From: Spirochaetia bacterium
GTDB lineage: Bacteria; Spirochaetota; Spirochaetia; DSM-16054; Sediminispirochaetaceae
Length of the DNA: 64,000 bases
Assembly (NCBI GenBank): GCA_034520965.1
Contig: JAXHMY010000003.1
Coordinates: 384,001 to 448,000, forward strand
Direction: 5' to 3'
Below, in pieces: positions 52,323-64,000 of this stretch (its first letter is position 1; every line of letters begins with the position of its first letter). A program made the position numbers and the translations under genes. Under the pieces are notes generated by a model. It saw only the letters and a program-made list of their open reading frames with translations, had not been told where the DNA came from and ran no database searches.

Positions 52323-54164
52323 ATGAAGATAAAGACGCGATTAATTTTTTCTAATGTGTTAGTAGCCGTGGGTATGCTCGGTCTGGTCATGGTGATGTAC
52401 TTTTATGGCGATTTGATTAACCGGTATAATTCTCTGCAGCTTGAAGCAAACCGGATTACAACTAAAGTCTACCAGACTAACTCGGCTCTTAAAACCACCC
52501 TGTTTACCGACGACTTTAAGCGGGATTTTGAGGTGTTTGAAAAGCAGTACCAGGACCTCTACACCTCGATTGAGAACTTTGTGGAGAACGATGATTTTAA
52601 AAGAATAGCTGCTGTTTCTGAAAAAAGCCGTGAAGAACAGCAGTCGCTTTTACGCATTTTAGAGATGACCGATGAAAAATATGCAGGAACCCAAGAGACG
52701 GCTCGGGCACTGATTGAAAGCACCTCCGGGTCTTTGCCCGGGCCCCTGGAAATTGATGAAGAGTTCTTTGAGGGAGAACTGTTTCAGGTAATACGCGCCG
52801 CACGTGACCTGGAAAACCTCACTATCTATCTGGGCGATGTGTTTGAAACGACCATCAATAGAGCTACCAGCATCATCAGTGAAACTGCGGAAAAGCAGCT
52901 TGTGACTATACAAATAATGGCCACCGCAGTAGCAGCGGTCATTTTATTAGTAATTGTAGGCTTTCTTTTTGCGATTATGTTTAGTTTAAGAAAAAAGCTG
53001 GATATTCTACAGGCATCTATCCAGATAATCGGACAAGGCGATTTTACTCATCACATCAAATTGAAAGGAAAAGACGAACTTACCCAGTTAGGCGATAGGG
53101 TAAACAGTTTTGTCGATGAGTTTTCCGTAATAATAGAAGAGGTGAAACAGAGAGCAGCCGCTACCTCCGCGCAAAAAGAGGAAGTAACCGGGGCCACCAA
53201 CGAATCTTCCGCCGCGGTGCATCAGATGAGTTCAAACATAAGCTCTATCTCACAAGAAATCCGACAACTTGTACAGCACATCTCCAGTTCCCGTGGTTCT
53301 ACGCAGCAAATTACCCAGAAAATTGTCGAACTTACCGAAAAAATCGAAACCCAGTCATCGGCAGTCACCCAGTCGACCTCGTCGGTCGAACAGATGAGTG
53401 CCAGTATCGAAAACGTCAATACCATCAGCGACCAGCGTAAAGAAGCCAGCGATCAACTAGTGGAAATTGTGGAACAGACCGATTCAAAACTGAGTGAAAC
53501 TAACAAGCTGATAAGCCAAAACGCCGAAGACACCAATCGGATTTTAGATATCATCGGCATCATCAACAATGTTGCCAGTAAAACTAACCTACTGTCGATG
53601 AATGCAGCTATTGAGGCTGCCCATGCGGGAGAAGCCGGGCGGGGGTTCGCGGTAGTTGCCGAGGAGATCCGCAATCTAGCTGAAACTACCAACGAAAACT
53701 CCAAGCAGATTCGCAGTACCATCAACACTATCGCAGACAGAATTACCCGTATTCAAGAGATGAGCACCGAAAGTCAATCCGCCTTCACTCAAGTAAAGGA
53801 GGAATCCAAGAACTCCAGTGATTCAATGGCGGAAATATCTTCCAGCATGGGCGAGCTGTCCCTCGGCAGCAAAGAAATAATGGAGGCCATGACCTCTCTG
53901 AGCCAAACTACCCAAAACATTCAGGAATCTGCCGGAGAAATGCGCGATAACACCAATGAGGTAAACAAATCCCTCGAAAAAATAGAGACCATCGGCCACC
54001 ACGTTGACGACGGCATCCACGAAATTGAGGATGGAGTTATTAACATCAGTACCTCAATGGAACATATCAACGACCTTAATCAGCAGAATGAAGAATCTGC
54101 CCGAAGCCTTACTCATGCAGTCCTCCGCTTTAAAACAGCTGAGGCAGAAGGACAGGGCGACTAG
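52323..54164 (+). CDS. Methyl-accepting chemotaxis protein
   Basis: Two TMs, [34 protein letters not shown]. Confidence 0.93.
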   Translation: MKIKTRLIFSNVLVAVGMLGLVMVMYFYGDLINRYNSLQLEANRITTKVYQTNSALKTTLFTDDFKRDFEVFEKQYQDLYTSIENFVENDDFKRIAAVSEKSREEQQSLLRILEMTDEKYAGTQETARALIESTSGSLPGPLEIDEEFFEGELFQVIRAARDLENLTIYLGDVFETTINRATSIISETAEKQLVTIQIMATAVAAVILLVIVGFLFAIMFSLRKKLDILQASIQIIGQGDFTHHIKLKGKDELTQLGDRVNSFVDEFSVIIEEVKQRAAATSAQKEEVTGATNESSAAVHQMSSNISSISQEIRQLVQHISSSRGSTQQITQKIVELTEKIETQSSAVTQSTSSVEQMSASIENVNTISDQRKEASDQLVEIVEQTDSKLSETNKLISQNAEDTNRILDIIGIINNVASKTNLLSMNAAIEAAHAGEAGRGFAVVAEEIRNLAETTNENSKQIRSTINTIADRITRIQEMSTESQSAFTQVKEESKNSSDSMAEISSSMGELSLGSKEIMEAMTSLSQTTQNIQESAGEMRDNTNEVNKSLEKIETIGHHVDDGIHEIEDGVINISTSMEHINDLNQQNEESARSLTHAVLRFKTAEAEGQGD

Positions 54165-54245
54165 AGCTGCAGCCACCACTCAGGCATAGCGGCGAAGGGT
54201 CTGAGTGCGCGGGGCATTAATTTCTTGACTCGGTTGGAGCAGGAT

Positions 54246-54890
54246 ATGACAGTTATAATAGACTTGATAGTAAACTCAATTTACCTTTTAGCCGTTATAA
54301 ACCCTCTGAGTAAGGTGGCCCTTCTAGCAATGGGCCAACAGGCGGAAGAGGCCGAAGCTGCAGCAGCGTACCAAGTAACGGATAAAGTTAAGATTTTTCC
54401 CCTTATCCTGCGTTCAACCATTGTCGGCGCCCTGCTGCTGTATGCCTTAATTATTTTTGGTGAGGCAATTCTCAACCAGGTGTTCCATGTGGAGATATAC
54501 TCTTTACGGGTTGCAGGTGGACTGGTGCTCTCTACTGTAGGCTTTCAGGCCCTTAAAACCGGAATGTTTTTTGGCCACGACAACCACAGCAAGTTCGTTG
54601 ACCTGGCAATAGTTCCCCTTGCCTGTCCCATGATCGCCGGCCCTGCCTCGATTACCGCCTCCATCACCCTCTCGATCGAAATAGGCATACCCATAACTCT
54701 GATTGCGGTGAGTATCGCCCTGGCCTTGAACCTCGGAATCATGGCCTTCTCCCGTCCTATCAGCGCGTTGCTCAGCCGCTACAATGTGCTGGGCGCCTTC
54801 ATCCGAATTACCGGTCTGGTGGTCATGACCATCGGCGTACAGATGGTGTTCAATGGCATATCCGGCTGGATGACAGCGATGGGGCTCTAA
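54246..54890 (+). CDS. MarC-family membrane protein
   Basis: VINPL, AIVPLACPMIAGPASI, RITGL. Confidence 0.88.
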   Translation: MTVIIDLIVNSIYLLAVINPLSKVALLAMGQQAEEAEAAAAYQVTDKVKIFPLILRSTIVGALLLYALIIFGEAILNQVFHVEIYSLRVAGGLVLSTVGFQALKTGMFFGHDNHSKFVDLAIVPLACPMIAGPASITASITLSIEIGIPITLIAVSIALALNLGIMAFSRPISALLSRYNVLGAFIRITGLVVMTIGVQMVFNGISGWMTAMGL

Positions 54891-54914
54891 GCGACGGTTT
54901 TCTTAGTATTCGAC

Positions 54915-55777
54915 CTAGTATTCGATCACCAGACCACTGCCCACTTCTGTAAGCGGAGCGACTGTAGACAGGGCAATTTTACTGTGTAGGTCAGTGCAGT
55001 GACAGGCCCTTAGGCTGGGCAGCTTCAGGCTGCTCAGATACTCCACGGTTCCATCCAGCTGGGCCTTGGGGGGATCCAGCAAATGTAAGCCGCCGATAAT
55101 ATCCACTACCCTTTCAATCCCCGTAATACGGCGGGCGGCCTCGACAATGTTGCAGACCCCTGCGTGGGAGCAGCCGGTAATAATGACCAGTCCATCATCG
55201 GCAAGGTATGCCAGGGCAGTGTCATCGAGGAGCTCATCCGGCTGGAGGTAGTTTTCATTTTCGGTTGTCCGATAGCCTATGGGACCAGGATGTTCGAACT
55301 CCATGATACGCTCGATTTCGCCGCAGAAATACCAGGCGATCATCCAGCCACAGGGGCTCACGGCTGCTGTGCAGATGAAAGCTGCGGGATAGAAGTTCCC
55401 TCCCAAGGGTTGAGCCGATGGAGATGCCTGGTGAGTCGGGAGAACAGGATTCAAGGAATTTGGGAAGAAACGCATCGGGGTGAGCTACCAGACGAGGGAC
55501 CTTATCGAGGCGGCGCTCAAAGCGGGCCTCCATATATTCCTTAAGCAGCACATCGAGCCCGCCCGTATGGTCGATATGCCCGTGGGAGAGAACGAGAGTG
55601 TCGATGCTGAGCAAATCGATACCGAGGGTATGGGCATTACGCAAAAAGGCATCGGAATAGCCGACATCGAAGAGCACCCGGCTCTGCTCGGTTTCCACGA
55701 AATAAGAGACTCCCGGTTCGCCGAAGTAGTAGCGGTCTATAAGGGTATTGTTGTCGACGTAGTACTGATAGTTTCAT
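54915..55777 (-). CDS. MBL-fold metallo-hydrolase (two frameshifts, near 55759 and 55330)
   Basis: MKLSVLVDNNT, SHGHIDHTGG, TGCSHAG, GGLHL, CHCT. Confidence 0.8.
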
Positions 55778-55853
55778 ATATCCATAATAGTGCTCCGTGA
55801 CAAGATTTGCCATGAAAAAAAATTACAAGTATACTTTGAGTAAGGAGTACCAT

Positions 55854-56093
55854 ATGTTTCCAGTCAAAAAACGCCCTAATGTCATTGCTATCGAAAAAGA
55901 GATTGATGCCCGCTATCTTGAGTCGGTTCTGAAAGACCGGGAGATTCCCTACCATATGGTTTCGTACCACGACTCTGCCTACGCCGGCCTGTTTCAGCTG
56001 GAACACGGCTGGGGACATGTAGAAGTTCCCGAAGATAGAGTTGAGGAAGTAGAGCAGATTTACCGTGAAGTGCTGGAGGCAGGGCCTCAATAA
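55854..56093 (+). CDS. Small hypothetical protein (DUF2007-like)
   Basis: AAGGAG RBS; LESVLKDREIPY...SYHDSAYAGLFQ. Confidence 0.6.
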   Translation: MFPVKKRPNVIAIEKEIDARYLESVLKDREIPYHMVSYHDSAYAGLFQLEHGWGHVEVPEDRVEEVEQIYREVLEAGPQ

Positions 56094-56118
56094 CATTACA
56101 AATTGTAAGGAGGACACT

Positions 56119-56286
56119 ATGATCACTCCAATTTTTTGGCTGGCTCCGATTACGTCTCTGATTGCCCTCGGAGCAGCGTTTTACTTTTATAAGCAAACAT
56201 TGAAAGAGAGCGAGGGCACCGCCCTGGGGGCGGCCGCAGCCGGCTGCCCCACAGGTGAGCGCTCTACTGGAAGAGCATTTTTTTAA
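56119..56286 (+). pseudogene. N-terminal remnant of a membrane-bound Na+/H+-translocating pyrophosphatase
   Basis: AAGGAGG RBS; IFWLAPITSLIALGAAFYFYKQTLKESEGT resembles HppA TM1 plus the EGT motif, then ends. Confidence 0.55.
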
Positions 56287-56293
56287 AATACTC

Positions 56294-56818
56294 TTAAAAA
56301 GTAAAGCGTGCGAATACGTCGCCAATATAGGCAAAGTTGTTAAAATCGGCCGCTTCCGGGGCGAAGAAGAACCCGGCTCCGGTCCCGACGCTGAAGCTTT
56401 CCGAGAAGCGATAGGCGACCGAAACCTCCGGTAGATAGTACTGGCCGGTGTTGATGTCGTTGTACAGACCGAAGAATAAGAAAACTCCGCCGCCGACATG
56501 GCTGCTGAGGGTGAATGGCCCGACATCGGTTTCGAGAGTGACAATGGGATAGGCCATCGTTTCGAGGATAATCGTAAACAGGCGGGCACCGACACCGATT
56601 TTGATACCCGATTCGTTGAAGAAGTAGTTGTATTTGACATCCGGTACCAGGAACGCATAATCGAGGGCCGCCCCCATATCTCCTTCGTCATCTGCCGCTT
56701 CAACACCGATATAATAGGGAATATGCAGACCGATATCCACCTGCGAATCCGCTGCTGCAGGTAAGGCTGCACCAAGCAGTATCACTACTAATCCGACAAT
56801 TACCGTTTTTTTACCCAT
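56294..56818 (-). CDS. Hypothetical exported, probably outer-membrane beta-barrel protein
   Basis: Signal peptide, alternating aromatic strands, terminal Phe (FARFTF). Confidence 0.6.
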   Translation of the reverse strand: MGKKTVIVGLVVILLGAALPAAADSQVDIGLHIPYYIGVEAADDEGDMGAALDYAFLVPDVKYNYFFNESGIKIGVGARLFTIILETMAYPIVTLETDVGPFTLSSHVGGGVFLFFGLYNDINTGQYYLPEVSVAYRFSESFSVGTGAGFFFAPEAADFNNFAYIGDVFARFTF

Positions 56819-56911
56819 ACCCTGCCTCCTGCATTAAGTATTACACTAGTAAGTATACCACTTATTTGTAAAAATACAGAATTAAAACGGTTCGGATCTG
56901 TCGGCCGGCGG

Positions 56912-58153
56912 CTAAAAACTTTCACTGAGCATAATTGGCAGACCGGGCTTAAAGAGCAAGGAAAGCTCCGCCTCGGCATTCGGAGTAAGCAATCCCATCT
57001 CGGCGCTTGAAACCCTACCGGCAAGAGCCAATTGCTGCCAGCTGTAGGCTCCGAACAGCAGTGACGAGAAACTCTCGAAGGAGATTTCGTTCTCTCCGGT
57101 AAAGGCTCCAACCGATAGCTCCCCGGAATTTATTGTATAAGTGGCCGTATTGGCCTCAATCATCGGATCCTGCAGGGAGAAGCGAAGGGTTCCGGAGTAG
57201 CCGGACTGCTTCATTTTCATTTTTAGAAGTTCCTGCACTGCTAAGGGACGGGCCATCCACTCCGAATCTGATGTAATTTTTATCCGAGGCTCCCCCATCA
57301 GCAGGTGGACCGGGACATCCCGGGGGGTACGCAGGACTATCTCTAGGCACTGATCCCGATGCCGGGCCAAAAAGCTCATAAGAGCCCGAAACCCCTCAGT
57401 GGTTAAATAGGCAAAGCGCTGAACCTCTATCCGTACGTTATCTTCCCCGACCGGTCGCATTTTATACTGCAGGTATCCAACCGCCTGTCCCTCCAAATTT
57501 CGGTACAGATAGGCTTGCTCATTTTGAGAACCTATATAACGGCGCTGCTGTTCGGCTGTCATCGGCAGTTCTATTCCGAGGCTGTAATTTTCCGTCCAGC
57601 CGTTATACACCTGCTGTGCCTCGGCAAAACGCTGTGAGAACAAGTCGATCATATCCGGCTTATCCAGCTCTTCACGGCCGCTTACCAGGGGCTCGAAAGT
57701 ACCGGCTACTTGCGAAAGCAGTTCCGCCTGAATATCCCGAGGGGTGAAGCGATAAGAATGCCGCGCTCCAAGGCTTCCATACCCAAACTTGGCGTAAAAC
57801 TGAAACAGAAAAGGGTAAAGTGCCGATGCGTGAAAGCCGGCTTCATAGGCGTCCTTTAGAATTCGGTTCATCAGTGTCCGCACATGGCCTTTGTTTCTCG
57901 CCTCCGGGGCTGAGGCAACGTAGGTGATTCCGTGGAGCCTAATGGGCTGCCCCCACAAATTGGAATTAAAATCACGGCTAATGATTCCTGTCTCTAATCG
58001 ATCCTGCTCAAATAATCCATATGCTTCATCCTCATCGCCAAGGAAAGAAAATATTGGCGCCGACTGGCTGAATTCATCGCTGAAACAGTAACGGATCAAC
58101 TCCCGGTAGCGGTTAAATTCCTCTGCGCTTTCCAGAATCCGAACTTCACTCAC
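56912..58153 (-). CDS. Eis-like GNAT acetyltransferase
   Basis: VASAPEARNKGH, SALYPF...FYAKFGYG, SCP2-like C-terminus. Confidence 0.85.
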   Translation of the reverse strand: MSEVRILESAEEFNRYRELIRYCFSDEFSQSAPIFSFLGDEDEAYGLFEQDRLETGIISRDFNSNLWGQPIRLHGITYVASAPEARNKGHVRTLMNRILKDAYEAGFHASALYPFLFQFYAKFGYGSLGARHSYRFTPRDIQAELLSQVAGTFEPLVSGREELDKPDMIDLFSQRFAEAQQVYNGWTENYSLGIELPMTAEQQRRYIGSQNEQAYLYRNLEGQAVGYLQYKMRPVGEDNVRIEVQRFAYLTTEGFRALMSFLARHRDQCLEIVLRTPRDVPVHLLMGEPRIKITSDSEWMARPLAVQELLKMKMKQSGYSGTLRFSLQDPMIEANTATYTINSGELSVGAFTGENEISFESFSSLLFGAYSWQQLALAGRVSSAEMGLLTPNAEAELSLLFKPGLPIMLSESF

Positions 58154-58288
58154 TTTGCTGCCTCCTGTCTTCCTTGCGATCAAAAACTACTGATACCACA
58201 CCCGGCTGCAGAGCGTCAATGAGCGCTTGAATAATTGGGATAGCTGTAATATAACTACATAATCTTGTAGCGTTTGAGAAACTTGCGT

Positions 58289-59107
58289 ATGTCGGAACGA
58301 CAACTTTCTATACTGGTAGTCGATGACAATCCAGTTAATCAACTCTATTTAAGGACCCTTCTATCCAAAATGGGCCATAGGGTTACAATGGCCTCCGATG
58401 GTGCAGAAGCTATAAGGCTTTTTCAGCAAGAGGGCATCGACCTTATATTTATGGACGTGCAGATGCCCGGAACCGATGGGTTTAAAGCGGCTATGCGAAT
58501 CAGAGAGATTGAGGCCACCGCAGATCCACCTCGGCAAAGAACTCCGATCAGTGCCCTTTCGGCTTACCCGCTGCGTGAAGAGACTCATCGCGAAGAGATT
58601 GTTCATTTTGACTATTATCTGACCAAACCGGTAACCACGCAAATGGTCAAAGATGCAATTGAGCGGCTCATCCATCAGAATCGGACTTACCCTGAACAAG
58701 CCCAGCTTGAGCTACACCTGGGATCAGATGCAGAACCGGGAAGCGTGAGCCATAAACAGACAAGCCCCTACCTGCAGGCCCTCCTGCATGAGTATCGGAA
58801 TAACCAGGATGACCTCAGAACCTTGTTGCAAATGGCCTTAAAGGAACTGCCCGAAAGCCTCTCACAAATGGATTCCTGCCTCAGAAGCAAAGAACTTCAG
58901 AAAGGCTGTAAAAAAGCCCATTCGATTGCAAATGTAGTTGGGATTCTCCAAGCTGCCGCCGAACGCGACCTTGCACTCAGAGTAGAAAGATTGCTTCAAG
59001 CAGGAAACTGGGAACGTGCCCGTTCCGATTACCTCAAGCTTCACCAGCAGGTCACTGAGCTGCTGAACATGTATCGTGTACTGCTCACTCGCGAACTGGG
59101 CAATTAA
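58289..59107 (+). CDS. Response regulator with C-terminal Hpt domain
   Basis: [27 protein letters not shown] Hpt-like motif. Confidence 0.8.
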   Translation: MSERQLSILVVDDNPVNQLYLRTLLSKMGHRVTMASDGAEAIRLFQQEGIDLIFMDVQMPGTDGFKAAMRIREIEATADPPRQRTPISALSAYPLREETHREEIVHFDYYLTKPVTTQMVKDAIERLIHQNRTYPEQAQLELHLGSDAEPGSVSHKQTSPYLQALLHEYRNNQDDLRTLLQMALKELPESLSQMDSCLRSKELQKGCKKAHSIANVVGILQAAAERDLALRVERLLQAGNWERARSDYLKLHQQVTELLNMYRVLLTRELGN

Positions 59108-62100
59108 TTTCTTGATAAGTCCTTTGATAAGTGGAGCGGCCGCACAAGCTTCTGCTGGGTGCGGGCATAGCGAATTCCCTGCAGAGTTGCCCAGGCAGCA
59201 GTCGAAGTGGTGGTATAGGGAATACGCAGCTTCACCGCTTGTATCCGCACTTGCTCATCATCATGCTGCGAAAACTGCCCCATAGGGGTGTTGATAATGG
59301 CTTGAACCTTTCCGCTTCGCAGATAATCCGCCAGGTTCGGTCGCCCCTCATGAAGCTTAAGCACAACCTCGGGAAAAACCCCATGCGTAAAAAGATACTC
59401 CGCAGTGCCGCGAGTAGCTAAAATGTGAAAACCCATCTCGGAAAGCTCCTGGACAATCGGAAGAATAGTTGCTTTGTCCTTGTCATGCACCGATACAAAG
59501 ACAGCCCCCTCTTTAGGCAGAGTACTTCCGGCGGCCGCCTGCGCTTTAAGAAAGGCCTCTCCCAGGCTATCCCCGCTGCCCATTACCTCTCCTGTAGACT
59601 TCATCTCCGGCGACAAAAGAGGATCCAAACGCTCAAACCGTTCAAAGGAAAACACCGCTTCCTTTACCGCCCACTTCTCCAAAGGAGTACCTACACCAAA
59701 GCCGTCCGTACAGAGGCCAAGCTCCTCAAGGTTGCCTCCGGTCCACACATGCACCGCCGCATCAACCAGATTAACCCCAGATGCCTTCGCTAAAAAAGGA
59801 ATAGTCCGGGAGGCACGGGGATTTACCTCAATAACATATAGCTCCTCGTCCTTTAGGGCAAACTGTATATTAAGCAGGCCTTTCACCTCCAGCGCCCGAG
59901 CAATTGTGGTCGCAACCCTATACATTTCCTGATTTTTTTCCGTCGAAGTCTTATAGGCGGGAAATACGCAGGCACTGTCACCGGAATGAACACCCGCCGA
60001 CTCAATATGCTGCATAAGACCGGCAATATACACGTTTTGCCCATCACACAGCAAATCAAGATCGTACTCAAAGGCATCCTCCAGAAACTGATCCACCAGT
60101 ACCGGATGCTGCTCATCGACTTCCAGCTGGGTGTGCAGCAGCAGCTCCAACTCTTTTTCTGTAAAGGCCACACTCATGCTCTGTCCTCCCAGCACAAAGG
60201 AGGGACGCAATAAAACCGGGTATCCAATTTCAGCCGCGTACTCATGCACTTGCACAACTGAAAGGGCGGTTAGATTTCGTGGTTGCCGAATCCCCAAAGA
60301 GGTCATGAGCTCACTGAACTGTCGGCGATCTTCGGTGCGCTGGATGCCGGCAACCGAGGTACCGATTACCTCGATACCGGAATCTGCCAACTCTTCGGCA
60401 ATATTCAACGGTGTTTGTCCCCCCAACTGAACCACCACCTTTCGAATTCCCTCTTTCTGCAACACCGACTGTACGAATTCGGGATGAACCGGTTCAAGGT
60501 ACAGGCGGTCGGAAATGTTGAAGTCGGTAGAGACGGTTTCGGGATTAGAGTTAATCATGACCGCCTTAATACCTCGACGGCGGTAGGAAAGGGAGGCCAA
60601 GGTGCACCCGGTGTCAAACTCTACCCCCTGTCCTATGCGGTTGGGGCCGCTGCCGATAATCAAAACCGCTTCGCTGCCCAGGGGATCCCCCTCATCAATC
60701 TCACCATAAGTTGAATAAAAGTAAGGAGTCTCAGCACTGAACTCTCCGGCACAGGTATCCACCAAATGATACCCCGGCTGCAGTTTTAGGCTGAGCCGCA
60801 GAGCAGTCAGCTTCGCTGCAGACATTCCAAATCGGCGGGCAATCCGACGATCGGTAAGTCCCGCTCGTTTAGCCCGTAGCAGCAGATCGAAACCCGGCTC
60901 TCCGCTGTTGGACCCACTGTGGAGCGATCCGGCATCGGCAAGCTCCTCCTCCACTTCGGCAATTTCTGAAAGATTATACAGTACCCAGGGGTCGAATCCG
61001 GTTTTTGTAGAAAGAGCTGCAATTGCGCGCTTCCCCTCCCGCCGGATAACCGTATAGGCCGCCCAAAGGCGCAGAGGATGGGCGGTCTCCAGCATTTTAT
61101 CCAATCCGTCATAGCCCATATCCAGCTCTTCCAAGCCTTCATACCCGATTTCAGCCGCACATACTGCCTTATTAAGCGCTTCAGGAAAGGTCCGTCCGAT
61201 TGCCAGCGCCTCTCCTACCGACTTCATCTGGGTACCCAGTTGGGTATGACCATGGGGAAACTTTTTCAGTTCAAAACGAGGAACCTTTACCGCACAATAA
61301 TCCAAGGCCGGCTCAAAACTGGAAACGGTTTTCCCGGTTATCTCGTTGACTACCTCATCCAGTGTATAACCCACGGAGAGTTTTGCCGAACAGCGGGCAA
61401 TGGGAAAGCCGGTAGCCTTACTTGCCAAGGCCGAGGAGCGAGAGACCCGCGGGTTCATTTCTCTTACAATCATGCGTCCGGTATCAGGGTCGACTGCAAA
61501 TTGCACATTCGAACCTCCGCAATCCACCCCAACCTTCCGCATAATATTCATAGCCGCCAAGCGCATCTGCTGATATTCGCGGTCGCTGAGGGTCTGTGCC
61601 GGAGCAACTGTAATACTGTCGCCGGTGTGAACCCCCATTGGATCAATATTTTCAATAGAGCAGATAACCGCAGTGTTGTCCGCCTTATCCCGGACCAGTT
61701 CCAGTTCATACTCCTTCCATCCTACGAGGGACTCCTCCACTAAGGCCTGGTGTACCGGGCTCACAGCCAGGGCGTTGCTGATAAGTTCGGCAAACTCTGC
61801 TTCGGTTTCGGCAATACTGCCCCCCTGTCCACCAAGAGTATAGCTTGGCCGAATAATGATAGGCAGCCCCGACTGCCCCTTAAACTCCAGCGCTGCCTCA
61901 AGGTCACCTATCAATGCCGAGTTGGGTACCTCTATTCCAAGCTCACCGGCGAGCTGCTTAAACCGTCCACGATCTTCGGCCAGTCGTATCGCATTGACAG
62001 TAGCTCCTATCATCTCAACACCAAACTCCGAAAAAGTTCCCGCCTCATACAGTTCGAGGGCTAGATTGAGGGCGGTTTGTCCTCCCATCGTCGGGAGCAC

Positions 62101-62355
62101 CGCATCCGGTCGCTCCTTTGCAATAATCTCTCGCACATAGTCGGCCGAAAGCGGTTCGGCATAGATTGCATCGGCCAGGCCCGGGGTTGTCATTACCGTA
62201 GCCGGGTTCGGATTCACCAGCACAATCCGGTAGCCCTCCTCCTTCAGTGCGCTCACCGCCTGGGTCCCCGAATAGTCAAACTCACAGGCCTGTCCTATTA
62301 CTATTGGCCCCGATCCGATGATTAAAATGCTGCTAATATCTTGTCTGGCGGGCAT
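59104..62355 (-). CDS. carB: Carbamoyl-phosphate synthase large subunit
   Basis: [17 protein letters not shown], duplicated ATP-grasp domains, MGS domain. Confidence 0.97.
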   Translation of the reverse strand: MPARQDISSILIIGSGPIVIGQACEFDYSGTQAVSALKEEGYRIVLVNPNPATVMTTPGLADAIYAEPLSADYVREIIAKERPDAVLPTMGGQTALNLALELYEAGTFSEFGVEMIGATVNAIRLAEDRGRFKQLAGELGIEVPNSALIGDLEAALEFKGQSGLPIIIRPSYTLGGQGGSIAETEAEFAELISNALAVSPVHQALVEESLVGWKEYELELVRDKADNTAVICSIENIDPMGVHTGDSITVAPAQTLSDREYQQMRLAAMNIMRKVGVDCGGSNVQFAVDPDTGRMIVREMNPRVSRSSALASKATGFPIARCSAKLSVGYTLDEVVNEITGKTVSSFEPALDYCAVKVPRFELKKFPHGHTQLGTQMKSVGEALAIGRTFPEALNKAVCAAEIGYEGLEELDMGYDGLDKMLETAHPLRLWAAYTVIRREGKRAIAALSTKTGFDPWVLYNLSEIAEVEEELADAGSLHSGSNSGEPGFDLLLRAKRAGLTDRRIARRFGMSAAKLTALRLSLKLQPGYHLVDTCAGEFSAETPYFYSTYGEIDEGDPLGSEAVLIIGSGPNRIGQGVEFDTGCTLASLSYRRRGIKAVMINSNPETVSTDFNISDRLYLEPVHPEFVQSVLQKEGIRKVVVQLGGQTPLNIAEELADSGIEVIGTSVAGIQRTEDRRQFSELMTSLGIRQPRNLTALSVVQVHEYAAEIGYPVLLRPSFVLGGQSMSVAFTEKELELLLHTQLEVDEQHPVLVDQFLEDAFEYDLDLLCDGQNVYIAGLMQHIESAGVHSGDSACVFPAYKTSTEKNQEMYRVATTIARALEVKGLLNIQFALKDEELYVIEVNPRASRTIPFLAKASGVNLVDAAVHVWTGGNLEELGLCTDGFGVGTPLEKWAVKEAVFSFERFERLDPLLSPEMKSTGEVMGSGDSLGEAFLKAQAAAGSTLPKEGAVFVSVHDKDKATILPIVQELSEMGFHILATRGTAEYLFTHGVFPEVVLKLHEGRPNLADYLRSGKVQAIINTPMGQFSQHDDEQVRIQAVKLRIPYTTTSTAAWATLQGIRYARTQQKLVRPLHLSKDLSRN

Positions 62356-62356
62356 G

Positions 62357-63553
62357 CTAATTACCTCCCTGTGCAATTGATAAAAACTCGTCAAAAACCC
62401 ATAATGTATCGTAGGGGCCGGGGGCAGCTTCCGGGTGAAATTGTACGGAGGCTATTCTCTTTTTCCGGTGACGAATTCCCTCAATCGTCTGGTCATTTGC
62501 ATTTTTCATCCATAACTCAAGCCCTTCAGGCAGCAGTGCCTCTCCAGACACCGCAAAACCGTGGTTTTGAGAGGTAATGTACACCCGGCCGCTCTCCTCA
62601 TCACGTACCGGATGGTTGAGTCCATGATGACCGAACTTCATTTTGTAAGTCTGTGCACCGAAGGCCAGGCTAATTATCTGATGACCAAGACAAATACCAA
62701 ACAGGGGATAGTTTTTTCCTATATCAGAGGCCAGCTGGATAGGGCCCCCCAACACGGCCGGGTCGCCTGGTCCGTTTGAAAGCAGAACTGCATCCGGACC
62801 AATTGCATCTACTTCCCGGCGAGATACCCCAGCCGGTAAAATCGTTACGCGGCATCCACGATGGATGAGTTCCCGTTTAATATTGGCCTTGTACCCAAAA
62901 TCTATCAGTGCAACGTGTAGGTTTTTCTTTTTTGAGTACCTAGCTGGTTCAGCCTTCTGCGCGGTTTTTCCCTCATCAAGGCCTTGATCAAGGGCAGCCT
63001 CACGCCGCTCTTGCAGCTGGGAGACTATATCGCGCCCCTCCATATCCGGATACCCGGTTAACAGGGTAATACATGCAGCGGTCTCGGCATTGCTCAGCGT
63101 GTCGGCTTCGCTAGGGCTGACAATCATTCCCTTTTGATTTCCACTGGTACGGATCTTGAGGGTAAGAGCCCGCGTATCTACACCTGAAATTCCGGGAATT
63201 CCACGACGTTCCATGAAGCTATGCAGTGACTCTCGGCCGGCCGGGACTGCTCCGCGATATACACTTCGCACTATAAGCCCCGCCGCCCCAATACCGGGTA
63301 CTTCTGATTCCGACCAATCTTCATGGTCACCATAGTTACCGATGTGAGGATAGGTCATCAGGACCAGTTGTCCGATGTAAGACGGATCGGTGAGAATTTC
63401 GTGGTAGCCGGTCATGCCGGTATTGAATACAACCTCTCCTATGCCCGCTTCAGCCTGCTTGGCTGCTTCATCTACGGTTGGAGCCACAGCTCCAAAAGCA
63501 ATTCCTTTAAGTAAGCTTCCGTCATCCAAAACTAGAAAAACCTGTTTCTGCAT
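62357..63553 (-). CDS. carA: Carbamoyl-phosphate synthase small subunit
   Basis: [31 protein letters not shown]. Confidence 0.97.
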   Translation of the reverse strand: MQKQVFLVLDDGSLLKGIAFGAVAPTVDEAAKQAEAGIGEVVFNTGMTGYHEILTDPSYIGQLVLMTYPHIGNYGDHEDWSESEVPGIGAAGLIVRSVYRGAVPAGRESLHSFMERRGIPGISGVDTRALTLKIRTSGNQKGMIVSPSEADTLSNAETAACITLLTGYPDMEGRDIVSQLQERREAALDQGLDEGKTAQKAEPARYSKKKNLHVALIDFGYKANIKRELIHRGCRVTILPAGVSRREVDAIGPDAVLLSNGPGDPAVLGGPIQLASDIGKNYPLFGICLGHQIISLAFGAQTYKMKFGHHGLNHPVRDEESGRVYITSQNHGFAVSGEALLPEGLELWMKNANDQTIEGIRHRKKRIASVQFHPEAAPGPYDTLWVFDEFLSIAQGGN

Positions 63554-63640
63554 ACACCCTCTCTGCATAATTATGCGTTTATTAAAAGCAGAGTATTATA
63601 TTTATGCAGAATTGGTCAATACCTATTTATATTAAAACAG

Positions 63641-64000
63641 CTATTCCCACTCGATGGTCGACGGGGGTTTTGACGAGCAGTCGTACACTACCCGGCCGAT
63701 ATCCTTGATGCTGTTGGTGATCCGGGAGGAGATTGCCTGCAGATGCTCGAAGTCAAAATGGTACACATCGGCGGTCATGCCGTCGGAAGAGTTCACCGCC
63801 CGCAGGGCAAGCACATACCCGTAGTGGCGGGCATCTCCGGTGACTCCCACCGAGCGAATAGGCAGCAGTACGCAGAAGGCTTGCCAAATTTCATCGTTGA
63901 GCCCCCGCTTTTTTAACTCCTCCACATAGATAGCATCCGCCTCGCGCAGGACCTCACACTTTTCGGGGGTCACCTCGCCGAGGATACGCATTGCCAGACC
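63641..64000 (-). CDS. guaA: GMP synthase, 3' part (runs off window)
   Basis: [11 protein letters not shown]...[11 protein letters not shown]...[10 protein letters not shown]. Confidence 0.95.
   Translation of the reverse strand, partial: GLAMRILGEVTPEKCEVLREADAIYVEELKKRGLNDEIWQAFCVLLPIRSVGVTGDARHYGYVLALRAVNSSDGMTADVYHFDFEHLQAISSRITNSIKDIGRVVYDCSSKPPSTIEWE

Overview
64-kb bacterial chromosomal segment, most likely from an anaerobic free-living spirochaete (Spirochaetaceae-like). That assignment is inferred from gene content and chemoreceptor style, not from a marker gene. Bases 1-6960 are a nested stack of mobile DNA. A RIT element (three tyrosine recombinases, 88-bp terminal inverted repeats, plus an extra 20-bp perfect palindrome bounded by 6-bp spacers) sits exactly in the second catalytic Asp codon of a DDE transposase. 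That transposase belongs to a three-gene DUF6431-like Zn-finger / DDE / ExeA-like AAA+ transposon, whose right end abuts an internally deleted ISAs1 relic next to a histidine-kinase 3' remnant. The rest is mostly housekeeping and signalling: an AT-rich diguanylate cyclase, two paralogous MCP-cheW cassettes with different sensor domains (one with an apparently periplasmic CZB zinc domain), a copper-resistance cluster, a xanthine-dehydrogenase-family molybdoenzyme, Rrf2-cysK, two deacetylases, a NarL-type two-component system, a complete rnf operon, tdh-kbl, twin XRE-cupin regulators, an ATP-grasp/CocE pair, modAB, carAB and the 3' end of guaA. About 15 or more single-base frameshifts in otherwise intact genes suggest residual long-read indel error rather than true pseudogenisation. 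No rRNA, tRNA or CRISPR array was recognised.
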